Below, piece by piece: positions 10,501 to 18,479 of a DNA stretch of 35,279 nt (the first letter of the stretch is position 1; every line of letters begins with the position of its first letter). The DNA comes from Rhizaria sp. SCN 62-66. Its lineage: Eukaryota. The notes below the pieces were generated by a model. That model was not told the DNA's origin and searched no databases. It saw only the letters and a program-made list of their open reading frames with translations. The stretch spans positions 62,001-97,279 of the forward strand of contig MEDY01000209.1 in the NCBI GenBank assembly GCA_001724265.1, in the 5' to 3' direction. A program made the position numbers and the translations under genes.

Positions 10501-11757
10501 CGCCGCAGTCGCCGCCGCCGCGGCCGCCGCGGCCATCGCGGCAGTGGCCTCTGCGGCTGCGGCGGCACGCTGGGCCGCGGCGGCGGCGAGGAGCCCCGCG
10601 GCGGCGTGCGCAAAGAGGCGCGACACGGCCGTGAAGGCCGCCCAGCAGCGCGTCCAGTCGTGCGCGCGCAGCGGCGCGCCCCCGCCCGCGGCGCCGTGCA
10701 CGCCGTGAGTCCCCTGCGCCTGCGTCTGCGCGCTCGTCGCAGGGGGGCAGTAGGGGTCGACGCGCTCGGGCGCGGGCATGAGGTAGTGCAACAGCGGCCA
10801 GAGCACGTCGCGGCAGAGTCCCTCCTCCCAGCGGCGGCGCAACGCCGGCGGCGGCAGCACGGGGAAGCAATGCATCGCGCGCAGCGCGGCCAGCAGCTCG
10901 GGGTCGAGGGCGCCGGCGTCGCCGTCGGCGCCGCGCTGTTCCAGCTCCTTGCGCAGCGCGCGCGGCAGCATGCCCACGAACACGACCGCGTACGGGCCCT
11001 CGGCCGCGCCAGCACCACCGGCGCCGGAGCCGGAGACAGCGGCGGCCACGGAGGCCGCGGCTGCGGCGGTCGCGGCGGCGGCGGTCGAGTCAGCGCCTAT
11101 GGCGGCGGCGGCCGCTGCGGGCACGGAGGCGTCGCAGTCCTCTGCGTCGGTGGGCGGCGCCAGCGCCAGCATGCGCGCGTTGCCGACGATGTCCCTGCAG
11201 TCGGTCCAGGCGAGCCGCCAGCGGCCCGAGGCGGCGTCGCGCTCCGCCGTGACGGGCAGCGAGCGGCCGGCGACGACCAGCAGCGGCCGCCGCGCCGCTG
11301 CCGCGGGCAGGAACGAGGCCGGATCGGGCACCAGCGCCGAAGCCAGCATCGCGGGCGTCAACGCCGCGGACACCTGCGTCTCCGCCTCGGCCTCGGCGGC
11401 CGCCCACGCCGATGGTGGGCCGTACGGGGTCTGCTGGGGTAAGGTGGAGGAAGACTGGGAGGGGTGGTGTTGCAGCTGCTGTTGCTGCTGCTGCTGCTGA
11501 GTCGCATTGGCAGGCGCAGGCGCGGGCGCAGGCGCAGGCGCAACAGGAGTGTTCGCAGCCAGAGTAGTTGCAGCGTTAGGCTGGCGACTGAGCGCATCGC
11601 GCTTGGCGAGCGCGGCGGCGTTGCGCGCCTTAGCGGCGCGGGCGCGCGCGGCGAGGACGCGGTAGACGGCGTAGCCCGCGCCAACCGACACGCCGAGCGT
11701 GAGGAGCAGCGTGGCGAGCCGGGCCGCGCGCGACGGCGACGCGGCGAGCAGCGACAT
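7567..11757 (-). CDS. Glycosyltransferase family 20 (trehalose-6-phosphate synthase-like) protein with N-terminal TM helix, Ala-rich insertions and no recognisable TPP domain (1396 aa)
   Basis: LLVVAGRSLPV, GLCRDVLWPLLHY, VWAHNYHL, FLHAPFPSSDLFRALPWRETLLSAMLAADLLGFHAFDFARHFLASCQRVL, YLCADVLLVAPFWDGVNTAPLE and IVVSEFLSCARALVGVHRANPWS match TPS/OtsA motifs. First ATG is 11757; the track start at 11784 is TTG. Confidence 0.88.
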   Translation of the reverse strand: MSLLAASPSRAARLATLLLTLGVSVGAGYAVYRVLAARARAAKARNAAALAKRDALSRQPNAATTLAANTPVAPAPAPAPAPANATQQQQQQQQLQHHPSQSSSTLPQQTPYGPPSAWAAAEAEAETQVSAALTPAMLASALVPDPASFLPAAAARRPLLVVAGRSLPVTAERDAASGRWRLAWTDCRDIVGNARMLALAPPTDAEDCDASVPAAAAAAIGADSTAAAATAAAAASVAAAVSGSGAGGAGAAEGPYAVVFVGMLPRALRKELEQRGADGDAGALDPELLAALRAMHCFPVLPPPALRRRWEEGLCRDVLWPLLHYLMPAPERVDPYCPPATSAQTQAQGTHGVHGAAGGGAPLRAHDWTRCWAAFTAVSRLFAHAAAGLLAAAAAQRAAAAAEATAAMAAAAAAAATAATATAAAGTGTGAAEPTAAATASAAASAVVSLEPGTVWAHNYHLLRLCADLRPLLAAPPPLVPTSAASNSNSNSTSDRAGASATQSSAASAATAATAAAVFAGTRLCCFLHAPFPSSDLFRALPWRETLLSAMLAADLLGFHAFDFARHFLASCQRVLSLQVCALPRGLMGVRTRSGRIVAVLNAHVGVHSHALAAAARAPAVGATARRLRRALCPRGEALVLAVSEVSVVKSVHLQVRDFRALLTFHAPLRGVTRLLLVLLPASGPPVLAAPAREAALAEVALVRARFGPDAVVVVDLSTDAAAPPAAAVTAAATAAATAALTSRGGGSYGSGGYGSGLGSPGCTASAGTAAAAAAIPGDAAFPSLESVLALAPPEPGCEADLDGPAGARPPSRQHLSLSGVLPLYLCADVLLVAPFWDGVNTAPLEVSAAQAAVYGVSAPPPSLNGGASGGGGGSSSLAAAAAAAAAAAGVPAAPGAGDSKDRAAAAAAERERQAAEWSQRPPPAAAALPAPSPIVVSEFLSCARALVGVHRANPWSAEQTAAALALALKSTSTERFLALRGRLGSATGSPATAGTTAAALAAVAAAAAEGQPAPAAAQLALLSLRTRNGYWRWASRVLADTAVAADNAAAHRAAWARALYDASALPAQGSGAGAGTGNAAVSASAGSARAGAGVCVGRCGANSAAATAATASDVSRSRSLGLSLQVGDAGSTYIAPAALPGVSAVPSAAGAGAGAAGGGGGGEYSLITAEPGSAVGGCEGCDDDAGATMRTPRRRAQRQKQRLLIQQQQQQQQAPRFAFPAIVSAADGLGADGLGAGAVAVAGTTSDFDGASASPSPSPNSCAYSGGYSGGHGGRGAAGGGLSSGAMTPFVGCGLEPRQPQASPDAASENGARAAAAAAAAAGGAGGAGRLSLVCPRSGAGSAAGSVPDAASGASSRASDGVGVRGGVGSGGDGSGPGSTSRDPVDSIAFHGFTD

Positions 11758-11795
11758 TGGTCTGGCGTGACGGCGCGCTGTCAATCACCTGCCTG

Positions 11796-11811
11796 CACAC
11801 ACACACACACA
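11796..11811. repeat. (CA)8 / (TG)8 microsatellite in the TPS-like 5' leader
   Basis: CACACACACACACACA read directly; CA-rich sequence continues to ~11857. Confidence 0.9.
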
Positions 11812-11991
11812 AATGTCACACAAACTGGCACACACAGAGCAGACACACAGCACACAAGAGGCACTCGCGCGGCGGTGGGGCGAGGGGGGAGCACGGGGGA
11901 CCGGGCCCGGGCGTGCGCGGTGCGAGCGGGGCAGATGGGCGCGATGGACAATCGGTCGGTCGGACGGTGGGCTTTCGGGAGAGCCAAGAGA

Positions 11992-12051
11992 CTGGGGGAG
12001 TGCACAGTCGCAAAGAAAAGAGTTGAAGATGAAATAAGAGTGATTTGTGAG
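11992..12051 (-). promoter_or_regulatory. 3' splice acceptor-like module upstream of the TPS-like gene
   Basis: CTCACAAATCACTCTTATTTCATCTTCAACTCTTTTCTTTGCGACTGTGCACTCCCCCAG; no ATG between it and 11757. Confidence 0.6.
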
Positions 12052-12704
12052 ACGTAAGTGTGTTGCAAAATGGCTGAGCTCATAATTATACGCACAGGAT
12101 GCAATCATGACCTTCAGGCCGGTGGCTGAAGTGAATGGCAGTGACGAGATGTGGGCTTGACACCGAATCTGCCCTCCAGACCGCAGTGGGTCCAAACAGA
12201 ACTTGGAAGGGTGAGTAAAAACGGAATAGTAATTAATCCTCAGGAATCGGCATGCACCAGAGACAATCTTCTCGCCGACGGTGTGTGCAGCTCACACGAG
12301 ACCCCGAATATCCCAGTTCCAGTCAGTCTACAGCCGGTCTCAGAGCAAGTTGTGGTGGACCAACCAAGCCAGTCGGAGTCAGGTGACTGTGAGCAGGGGT
12401 GTGACCGTGGGAGGAGCCCTTAGACGGCCCTTACCGGCGGGGGATTGAGAAATTGTCATTTCGGCGTGAAAGAGGGACTGGAGTCTATCTGGAATGATTT
12501 TATTAAAGCTTCGACTCTGTTTTGTGGGTCATATTCTTACCTGGGCTTTGCCGGCGACGTCTCTGCGTTAAACAGACCACGCTTGGGTAAATCACGTGCG
12601 ATTGGGAACGAAAAGCAACACTGATTTCACTCTCAGCTGCTGCTGCCCGCCCCATGATCTTATTTGCAAATGTGACACCGTCATAATATGTGTTGAGTTT
12701 TATT

Positions 12705-12747
12705 CTCACGTTCTATTACTATCCCTTTTTCTCGCTTTGTGTTTCAG
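12705..12747 (+). promoter_or_regulatory. 3' splice acceptor-like module upstream of the small mitochondrial protein gene
   Basis: CTCACGTTCTATTACTATCCCTTTTTCTCGCTTTGTGTTTCAG, followed by AAGAGC and the ATG. Confidence 0.65.
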
Positions 12748-12753
12748 AAGAGC

Positions 12754-13239
12754 ATGCTTCGCCGTATTGTGTCGAAGGCCACTCCCCTCGCGAGCAAGTC
12801 GATCGCTTCCGTCTCGGCCCGCGCCTTCAGCCACCACGTTGACGTCCCCAAGAACCTGAAGGAGGGTTTCCCCTTCCAGGTCCTCCCTTACCAGATCGGC
12901 AAGGGCGAGAAGAAGATCGTCATCGGCCCCATGACCGGTGTCGACGCCGAGCTTTACCCCATCGAGGAGAACCCCGACAAGAACCCTGCGATCGCGTTCA
13001 TCCTCACCGAGGATGGCGCCGTCACCCAGGGCGTGCGCTCCCATGAGCGCACCGGCATCATGCTGCTCTTCGGCACCATGCTCGCCATCGGCGCCCTCGA
13101 GCTCTACACCCTCGGCGGCTTCCACGAGGTGCCCCAGGAGGTCTACGACAACTACGCCGTGCTCGACAAGCGCGACCAGCTCTACGCCTCCCAGTTCGAG
13201 AAGAGCTGGTCCGAGCTCCGCGCCGAGGACTACGCGTAA
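12754..13239 (+). CDS. Small mitochondrion-targeted single-TM protein (161 aa), possibly an OXPHOS accessory subunit
   Basis: Presequence-like MLRRIVSKATPLASKSIASVSARAFSH, hydrophobic helix GIMLLFGTMLAIGALELYTLGGF, very strong C/G-ending codon bias, no low-complexity inserts, TAA stop. Confidence 0.8.
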   Translation: MLRRIVSKATPLASKSIASVSARAFSHHVDVPKNLKEGFPFQVLPYQIGKGEKKIVIGPMTGVDAELYPIEENPDKNPAIAFILTEDGAVTQGVRSHERTGIMLLFGTMLAIGALELYTLGGFHEVPQEVYDNYAVLDKRDQLYASQFEKSWSELRAEDYA

Positions 13240-14249
13240 GCGCCTTGACCGCCCCTGCTCCTCCCGCCTCCTCCCCCTCTTCCTCATCCCCTCCGCCCTC
13301 CTCCAGCACCACACCGCATGACTTCACGCCTCCCCGTGGACGACACTGGTCTGTTCTTGTCTCACTTCACTTGTGAGTCTACGAGGGCAGCCAGCGCTCT
13401 CCCCGCGCGGCTCCGTGTACGTGTGTGTGCGCCTTGCGCCGGCGGGACGTGTCGGGCGCGCGCGCTGTCTGCCGTTTGCAGCCCCGCGCGCGCCGCGTCC
13501 CGCCAAACCCCGCCGCTGTGACCGCGACTGCCTTCGAGTGAGCCGCACAGAGAGTGAATGCGGGGCGGCGGATGCGAGTGCGAGCTGCTTGATTTATTAA
13601 GAGAGACAAGGGCTCGTCCCCCTCTCAACCCCACAGCTCGCTCCCGCCCGCCGCCGCCGCGCTCTCCGTCTCGACTCCGTCAGCAGTGCCCCTGATCGTA
13701 ACTAACCAACCAACATCGTTGTCACAACTGTTCGTCGTCGTTGTTGTCGTCACCGTGGCAAGACTTATTCAGCCTAACAATACACTTTGCTTTTTTTTAA
13801 CTACCCAATCTCCGACTCTTGATTGAATCGTCTCTCTCTAGTGTTTGTCGATCTTGAGTGGAAAGATTGTATGTAAACTGATCACGAAGCACTTGTATTA
13901 ATGTTGTACTTGATACATCATGTGTGGAGTTTTTTTAACATCTACATTTTTTGTACGACTAAATTAAGATCTGCTATGTTCTGTCTTCGAGGCCAGCACA
14001 ACGCCGCCCAACACAACGAACAAACAAGAACAACATCAACTCAAAACACAAAGACACAAATCGTAAAACACAAGGCGCATCCAGCTAACTAACACGAAAC
14101 GGAGAAAAGAAAAGAACAAAACAGAAAATAAAACAACACAAAAAAAAAAACATATCCGTAACACGCAGTTTTATGGTTATCCCAACAACCACGCATTAGG
14201 ACAAGGTAAGCTTAAGGAGGGAGTCGATGTACGTACAGTCCTCACAGAA

Positions 14250-16856
14250 TTAGACGACGTCGTTGATGGGCGCGAAGGTCTGGACGGGGAAGGTGGCGTG
14301 GACGCCGCGCGCGTCGAGCGCGGGCGTCACGCGGACGGCGGCATAAGGTCCGTAGAGCGCGCCGTCGACGAGCACGCGGAACTTTGCGCCCGCGGCGGCC
14401 GTGATGGTGACCTCGCAGACGTGCTGGCGCGGCTCGAGCGAGAGCAGCGAACGCTTGACCTTGGCCTTGTCGACCTTGTGCGTCTGCGCGAAAAGCTCCA
14501 GTGCGGGCGAGGACGGCGACGACGGGTGGGTCTGGTCGCCGCGGCGCGGCACGGCTGACAGCAGCACGGAGGAGAAAGGCACGAAGTCGTCCACCACCTC
14601 TGCCTGGCGCCGCCCCGCGAGGTCGAGCTTGGTGTAGCGCACGGCCAGGTCCTGGCCCGTGGCTACGGCGACCGTGCACGTCTTGTCGCGGAGCGCGTCC
14701 TCGACGCGCCAGCCCGTGGGGCGGCGCTGTTTGACGCGAAACTCGTCCACAGCCACGGCCAGCCCCAGCTCGACGCGCTGCAGAAACGTCACGGCCTCGC
14801 CCGTGCCCGGTTCGGCGCGCGCGTCGGGGAAGCCCTCGAGGCGGTGCAGGTGGCAGTGCAGCGTGGCGCCGCCATCGCGCGCGTAGGCCACCATGGACTC
14901 ACGCAGAAAGGCCGTGGGCGGCAGCGGCAGCGCCTCGTCCGAGGACTGCAGCTCCGACTCGTCGCTGCGCAGCCAGGGTACGAGCAGCGCGGGCGAGCGC
15001 AGCGGCGCGAAGACGTGCCGCTGGTACCACGAGTCGTGGCGCGCCACGTAGCCCGCCAGCGCGGACCGCGCGAAGGGCGCGAGGAAGAAGCGGAAGGCGA
15101 GTCCGCGCAGCATGGCAGGCTGATTCGCGCGCAGCGCCGTGTAGGCGGCGGCGACGTGGTGCAGCAGCGCGTCGCCGCCCGCCACCACGATGCGCACCTC
15201 GCGCGGGGTCCCGTTGCGCGCGTTGACTTCGGCGCTGTACGCGCGGGCCAACGCGAAGAGGCGCGAGTAGGCGTAGCCGCAGTGCGAGGCCAGTGCGGCG
15301 GCGTCAGCTTCGCCCGCGATGCCCGCCGCGTCGTCGAGCGCGCCCGGCGCGGCCTTAAGCATCACACCCAGCCGCACATGCTCCGTCGCGGGCAGCGGCG
15401 GGTTGTAGTTGGCCGCGTCGGCCGGCACGTTGGGCCCCAGCGGCTGCACCGGGATCACGAAGCCCTGCGCGCCGGCGGGGGCGGCGGCGGCGCGCGCCAT
15501 GATGTCGGCAACCATGGCGTCGGCGGCGGCCACGCGCGTCTGCTGCGCGGCCTCGGGCGCGGCGGCAACGGCGCCCTCGGTCTCCTTGAGCTGCGCCGCC
15601 AGCGCGGCCACGTCGGCGGGCGAAAGGCGCTGCAGCGCGGCGGCCAGCGCGTCCGCGCCGCCGGGCGCGAGCGACGCGTCGGGTGTGAGGGCCTGCAGCA
15701 GCGCGAGCGCCTCGATGGGGGCCGGGAGCGCGAGCCCGCCGGTGGGGTCCGCCTGCGAGGGCGCGGGCCGCACGGGCTGCGTCGAGGAGAAGGAGGACGC
15801 GTCGAGCACGTTGAGCGCGGCCGAGACGGAGAGGTCCTCGGCGTCGTGGAGGTAGAAGAGCGGCTTGAGCGCGCGGTAGCCAGGCTCCAGCTCGAGCCCC
15901 GCGTAATCGACCACGGCGGCCTCGGCGGCCAGCAGCTGGCGCCGCGACCAGCCGGGGAAGAGCAGCTCGGACTGGAAGGCCTCGACGACGCCGCGCGCGA
16001 CCGAGCCCCAGGGCTCGGGCCACAGCAGCAGCTGCTGCACGATGAGGATGGCCTTGGCGAGGAAGGCGGCGTTGGTGACGGCGTTGGCGGCCAGCACGAC
16101 GCGCATCATGTGCAGCAGCCCGAAGAGCGAGGTCTCGGCCACGCGCGGGTTCATCTTGAGCTGCTGCGGCAGCGTGAGCGACTTGTTGAGCAGCGTCGAG
16201 AGCACAAGCACCTGCGCGTCGGGCCCGCCAGAGGCGACGAGCTTGGTCAGGTACGACAGCGCGAAGCCGAACTCGTTGCTCTTGACGTCGGCGTCGTCCA
16301 GCGCGGGCACGCGCGTGATGGAGCTTAGCATCTGCACGTCCTGTGCCGTCTGCAGCGTCGACGCGCCGACGATGAGCGGGCCCAGGAAGTTCTGCAGCGA
16401 CTTGGGCGAGTCATCGAGGCGCATCGAGAGCACGCGGATCGTGTCGCGGAGGGCGGGGTACTCGCGCGAAGGGTCGCGCGCGGGGTCCTGCGTGCGCTCG
16501 TTCCAGCGCGAGAAGAACGTCAGCAGCTTGGGCGACGTTGTCTTGAAGGGCAGGAGCAGCGTGATGAAGGCAATGGTGTTGACGAGCGAGTCCATCGTGA
16601 CGTTGTGGGGCGGGTTGCCCTTGGAGTCGATGATGAGGAAAACCTGGTCAAGCAGTGCCTCAAGGAAAGTAGTCGCGTCATCGATCGAAGAGCTTTGCTT
16701 CCAAAAGATGAAAAACTGCGACCGCACGACCTTGCCTCTAGCCTGGGCACCCGGCGCGTCCTTAAAGTTAGGGAAGACGGACTCGAGGATATCGCCAACG
16801 CGGAGGCCAAGCCGCTTCAGGCCGCCGTGCGTGCCGCTCGGCTTGATAGTGTTCAT
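14250..16856 (-). CDS. Phosphoinositide 3-kinase class IB regulatory subunit (p101/PIK3R5, p84/PIK3R6)-like protein (868 aa)
   Basis: LLLWPEPWGSVARGVVEAFQSELLFPGWSRRQLLAAEA (cf. p101 [38 protein letters not shown]), VRIVVAGGDALLHHVAAAYTALR (cf. [22 protein letters not shown]), LAGYVARHDSWYQRHV (cf. YIGMLDPWYERNV), C-terminal FRVLVDG..VRVTP..FPVQTFAP (cf. FAVCLD..CEVSP..LPIMTFSG). Comparisons are from recall. Confidence 0.72.
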   Translation of the reverse strand: MNTIKPSGTHGGLKRLGLRVGDILESVFPNFKDAPGAQARGKVVRSQFFIFWKQSSSIDDATTFLEALLDQVFLIIDSKGNPPHNVTMDSLVNTIAFITLLLPFKTTSPKLLTFFSRWNERTQDPARDPSREYPALRDTIRVLSMRLDDSPKSLQNFLGPLIVGASTLQTAQDVQMLSSITRVPALDDADVKSNEFGFALSYLTKLVASGGPDAQVLVLSTLLNKSLTLPQQLKMNPRVAETSLFGLLHMMRVVLAANAVTNAAFLAKAILIVQQLLLWPEPWGSVARGVVEAFQSELLFPGWSRRQLLAAEAAVVDYAGLELEPGYRALKPLFYLHDAEDLSVSAALNVLDASSFSSTQPVRPAPSQADPTGGLALPAPIEALALLQALTPDASLAPGGADALAAALQRLSPADVAALAAQLKETEGAVAAAPEAAQQTRVAAADAMVADIMARAAAAPAGAQGFVIPVQPLGPNVPADAANYNPPLPATEHVRLGVMLKAAPGALDDAAGIAGEADAAALASHCGYAYSRLFALARAYSAEVNARNGTPREVRIVVAGGDALLHHVAAAYTALRANQPAMLRGLAFRFFLAPFARSALAGYVARHDSWYQRHVFAPLRSPALLVPWLRSDESELQSSDEALPLPPTAFLRESMVAYARDGGATLHCHLHRLEGFPDARAEPGTGEAVTFLQRVELGLAVAVDEFRVKQRRPTGWRVEDALRDKTCTVAVATGQDLAVRYTKLDLAGRRQAEVVDDFVPFSSVLLSAVPRRGDQTHPSSPSSPALELFAQTHKVDKAKVKRSLLSLEPRQHVCEVTITAAAGAKFRVLVDGALYGPYAAVRVTPALDARGVHATFPVQTFAPINDVV

Positions 16857-16925
16857 TGTGGAAACCGGATACCGCTCTACTTAAACTAAATAGTGAAACG
16901 AAACGATAAACTCCCTCGCGTGCTT

Positions 16926-16976
16926 CTGTAGGAGCGAAAAACAAAGTGGCACGAGCAAGCCCAATAGGAGGGTGAA
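16926..16976 (-). promoter_or_regulatory. 3' splice acceptor-like module upstream of the p101-like gene
   Basis: TTCACCCTCCTATTGGGCTTGCTCGTGCCACTTTGTTTTTCGCTCCTACAG; no ATG before 16856. Confidence 0.55.
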
Positions 16977-17618
16977 ATCGGGTCACAAAAAGATACGCTT
17001 GCACATCAGAAACATCTTCGCAACAAACATACGATTACCATGATATACAAACCAAACGCACTCCAAACATAATCAAAACACACCCCATGGTGCGGTTCTA
17101 ATGCACTACAAACATCACTCTAAAGGTCCGCTGGAGGACTCCTCTGTGTGTGCTCGCTCGGCACGATCATCGGTCAGTCGCGAACGAGGTGACCGTGGGT
17201 CTGTGACTGTGGGCCACAGCTGATATTAATATCACTCTGAATCTGTATTGAGGCTCGCACTTCGCAGGCTTGGTCAACAGAACTTCAAACGAAATCAACA
17301 GTTTTCCACCACTTTAAGTTACTATTTAAATTTTCAATGCCTCTAGCTCTGGCAAAGGTCGGTTATCCAGTTAACATATCTCAAAGTAGCCAAAACATGA
17401 CAAAATTAATCTTTTTTCAAAGATCTTACTAGTACGTGTATGCATTTAATCGGACGATTATCAGAAAATACTACGTTTAAGAGTGTAGAACGAATTGACA
17501 ATGAGACTCCATTATGGCAGCACCTCATCATGTTAAAACAGCTCATTGAAGGACAACTAATATAATAATTCCTGGCGGTCGTTCACTTGAACCAAAGATA
17601 TCAAATTTTACTTGTGTA

Positions 17619-17653
17619 TGATGAGGTCATCAGGTGATGAGGTCATCAGGTGA
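17619..17653. repeat. Tandem duplication of a 16-bp unit with internal dyad symmetry
   Basis: TGATGAGGTCATCAGG x2 + TGA; TGATGA and TCATCA are reverse complements. Confidence 0.9.
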
Positions 17654-17658
17654 AAGTT

Positions 17659-17694
17659 TAATGCGAATCACATAATGCGAATCACAGTAATGCG
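17659..17694. repeat. 14-bp tandem duplication
   Basis: TAATGCGAATCACA x2, then G and a partial TAATGCG that begins the palindrome AATGCGCATT. Confidence 0.9.
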
Positions 17695-17769
17695 CATTGT
17701 GTGGAGCAAAGGGATAATCACGGAACTCAGAATTACAGGTCTTTCTAAAACTGCATTGCGTAAGAACAG

Positions 17770-17801
17770 TATCACACCAAGTCGCTATCGCACCAGGTCG
17801 C
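17770..17801. repeat. Imperfect 16-bp tandem duplication
   Basis: TATCACACCAAGTCGC / TATCGCACCAGGTCGC (2 mismatches). Confidence 0.8.
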
Positions 17802-17964
17802 TTTAACATAAAATCTGTTTTTATGAACCTCTAAAACAACAAGTTCTAAAGTCTAAGTAACGAATTTACGAATTTAGAACGTGCAAAAATAGCTTTTGAG
17901 ACAACTGTGGCAGCATGCTTCCAGGAGAAAAGGAAACGTTAAGAACGGAGCCCTGAGACATCAG

Positions 17965-18420
17965 TGAATAAATCATTATTTGCATGATAAAATCGTATTA
18001 ACAAATCAATTAATATTATGTTTAAGAAAAGATAATATTAACTTTTTTTAAAACATTAAACGTATATTATAATGTACGGGTAATTTAAAACGTTAAAATC
18101 TGCTTAAATAATATAAAAAGATAAAATGATGCATATAAATATTTACATTGAATTAGATACTATGATTGTGATCTTTTAGACCATCTTTCAATCTTTGTGA
18201 TATAAAATACTCTACCGTAGTTCATGTAGAAATAATAATTATTATAGCATTAAATATCACATTTATTTTGTTTTTCAAATATAATTGATGTAAACTTTAA
18301 TCCTAACAAAACTCTTTAAAATCTAATAAAATGTTAAAATAACTTTTTATTACCATTCATTATATTTAAGTATATTTTAATAACTGTAGTTATTTAGTAA
18401 TAGCCACATACAGTGTTAAA
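17965..18420. other. Extremely AT-rich non-coding island
   Basis: Line 18001-18060 has 7 G+C in 60 nt. The track lists no ORF between 17004 and 18988, and the flanking CDSs are very GC-rich. Confidence 0.85.
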
Positions 18421-18479
18421 TTTCTCCAAGCTTGTATGAGTAATACGATACGCGGATTTAGGAGCATAAGCTTACCATG

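Noticed and set aside
12151-12423. 90-aa ORF in the TPS-like / small mito gene spacer
   Set aside because: GTG start, no GC3 bias and no recognisable motif.
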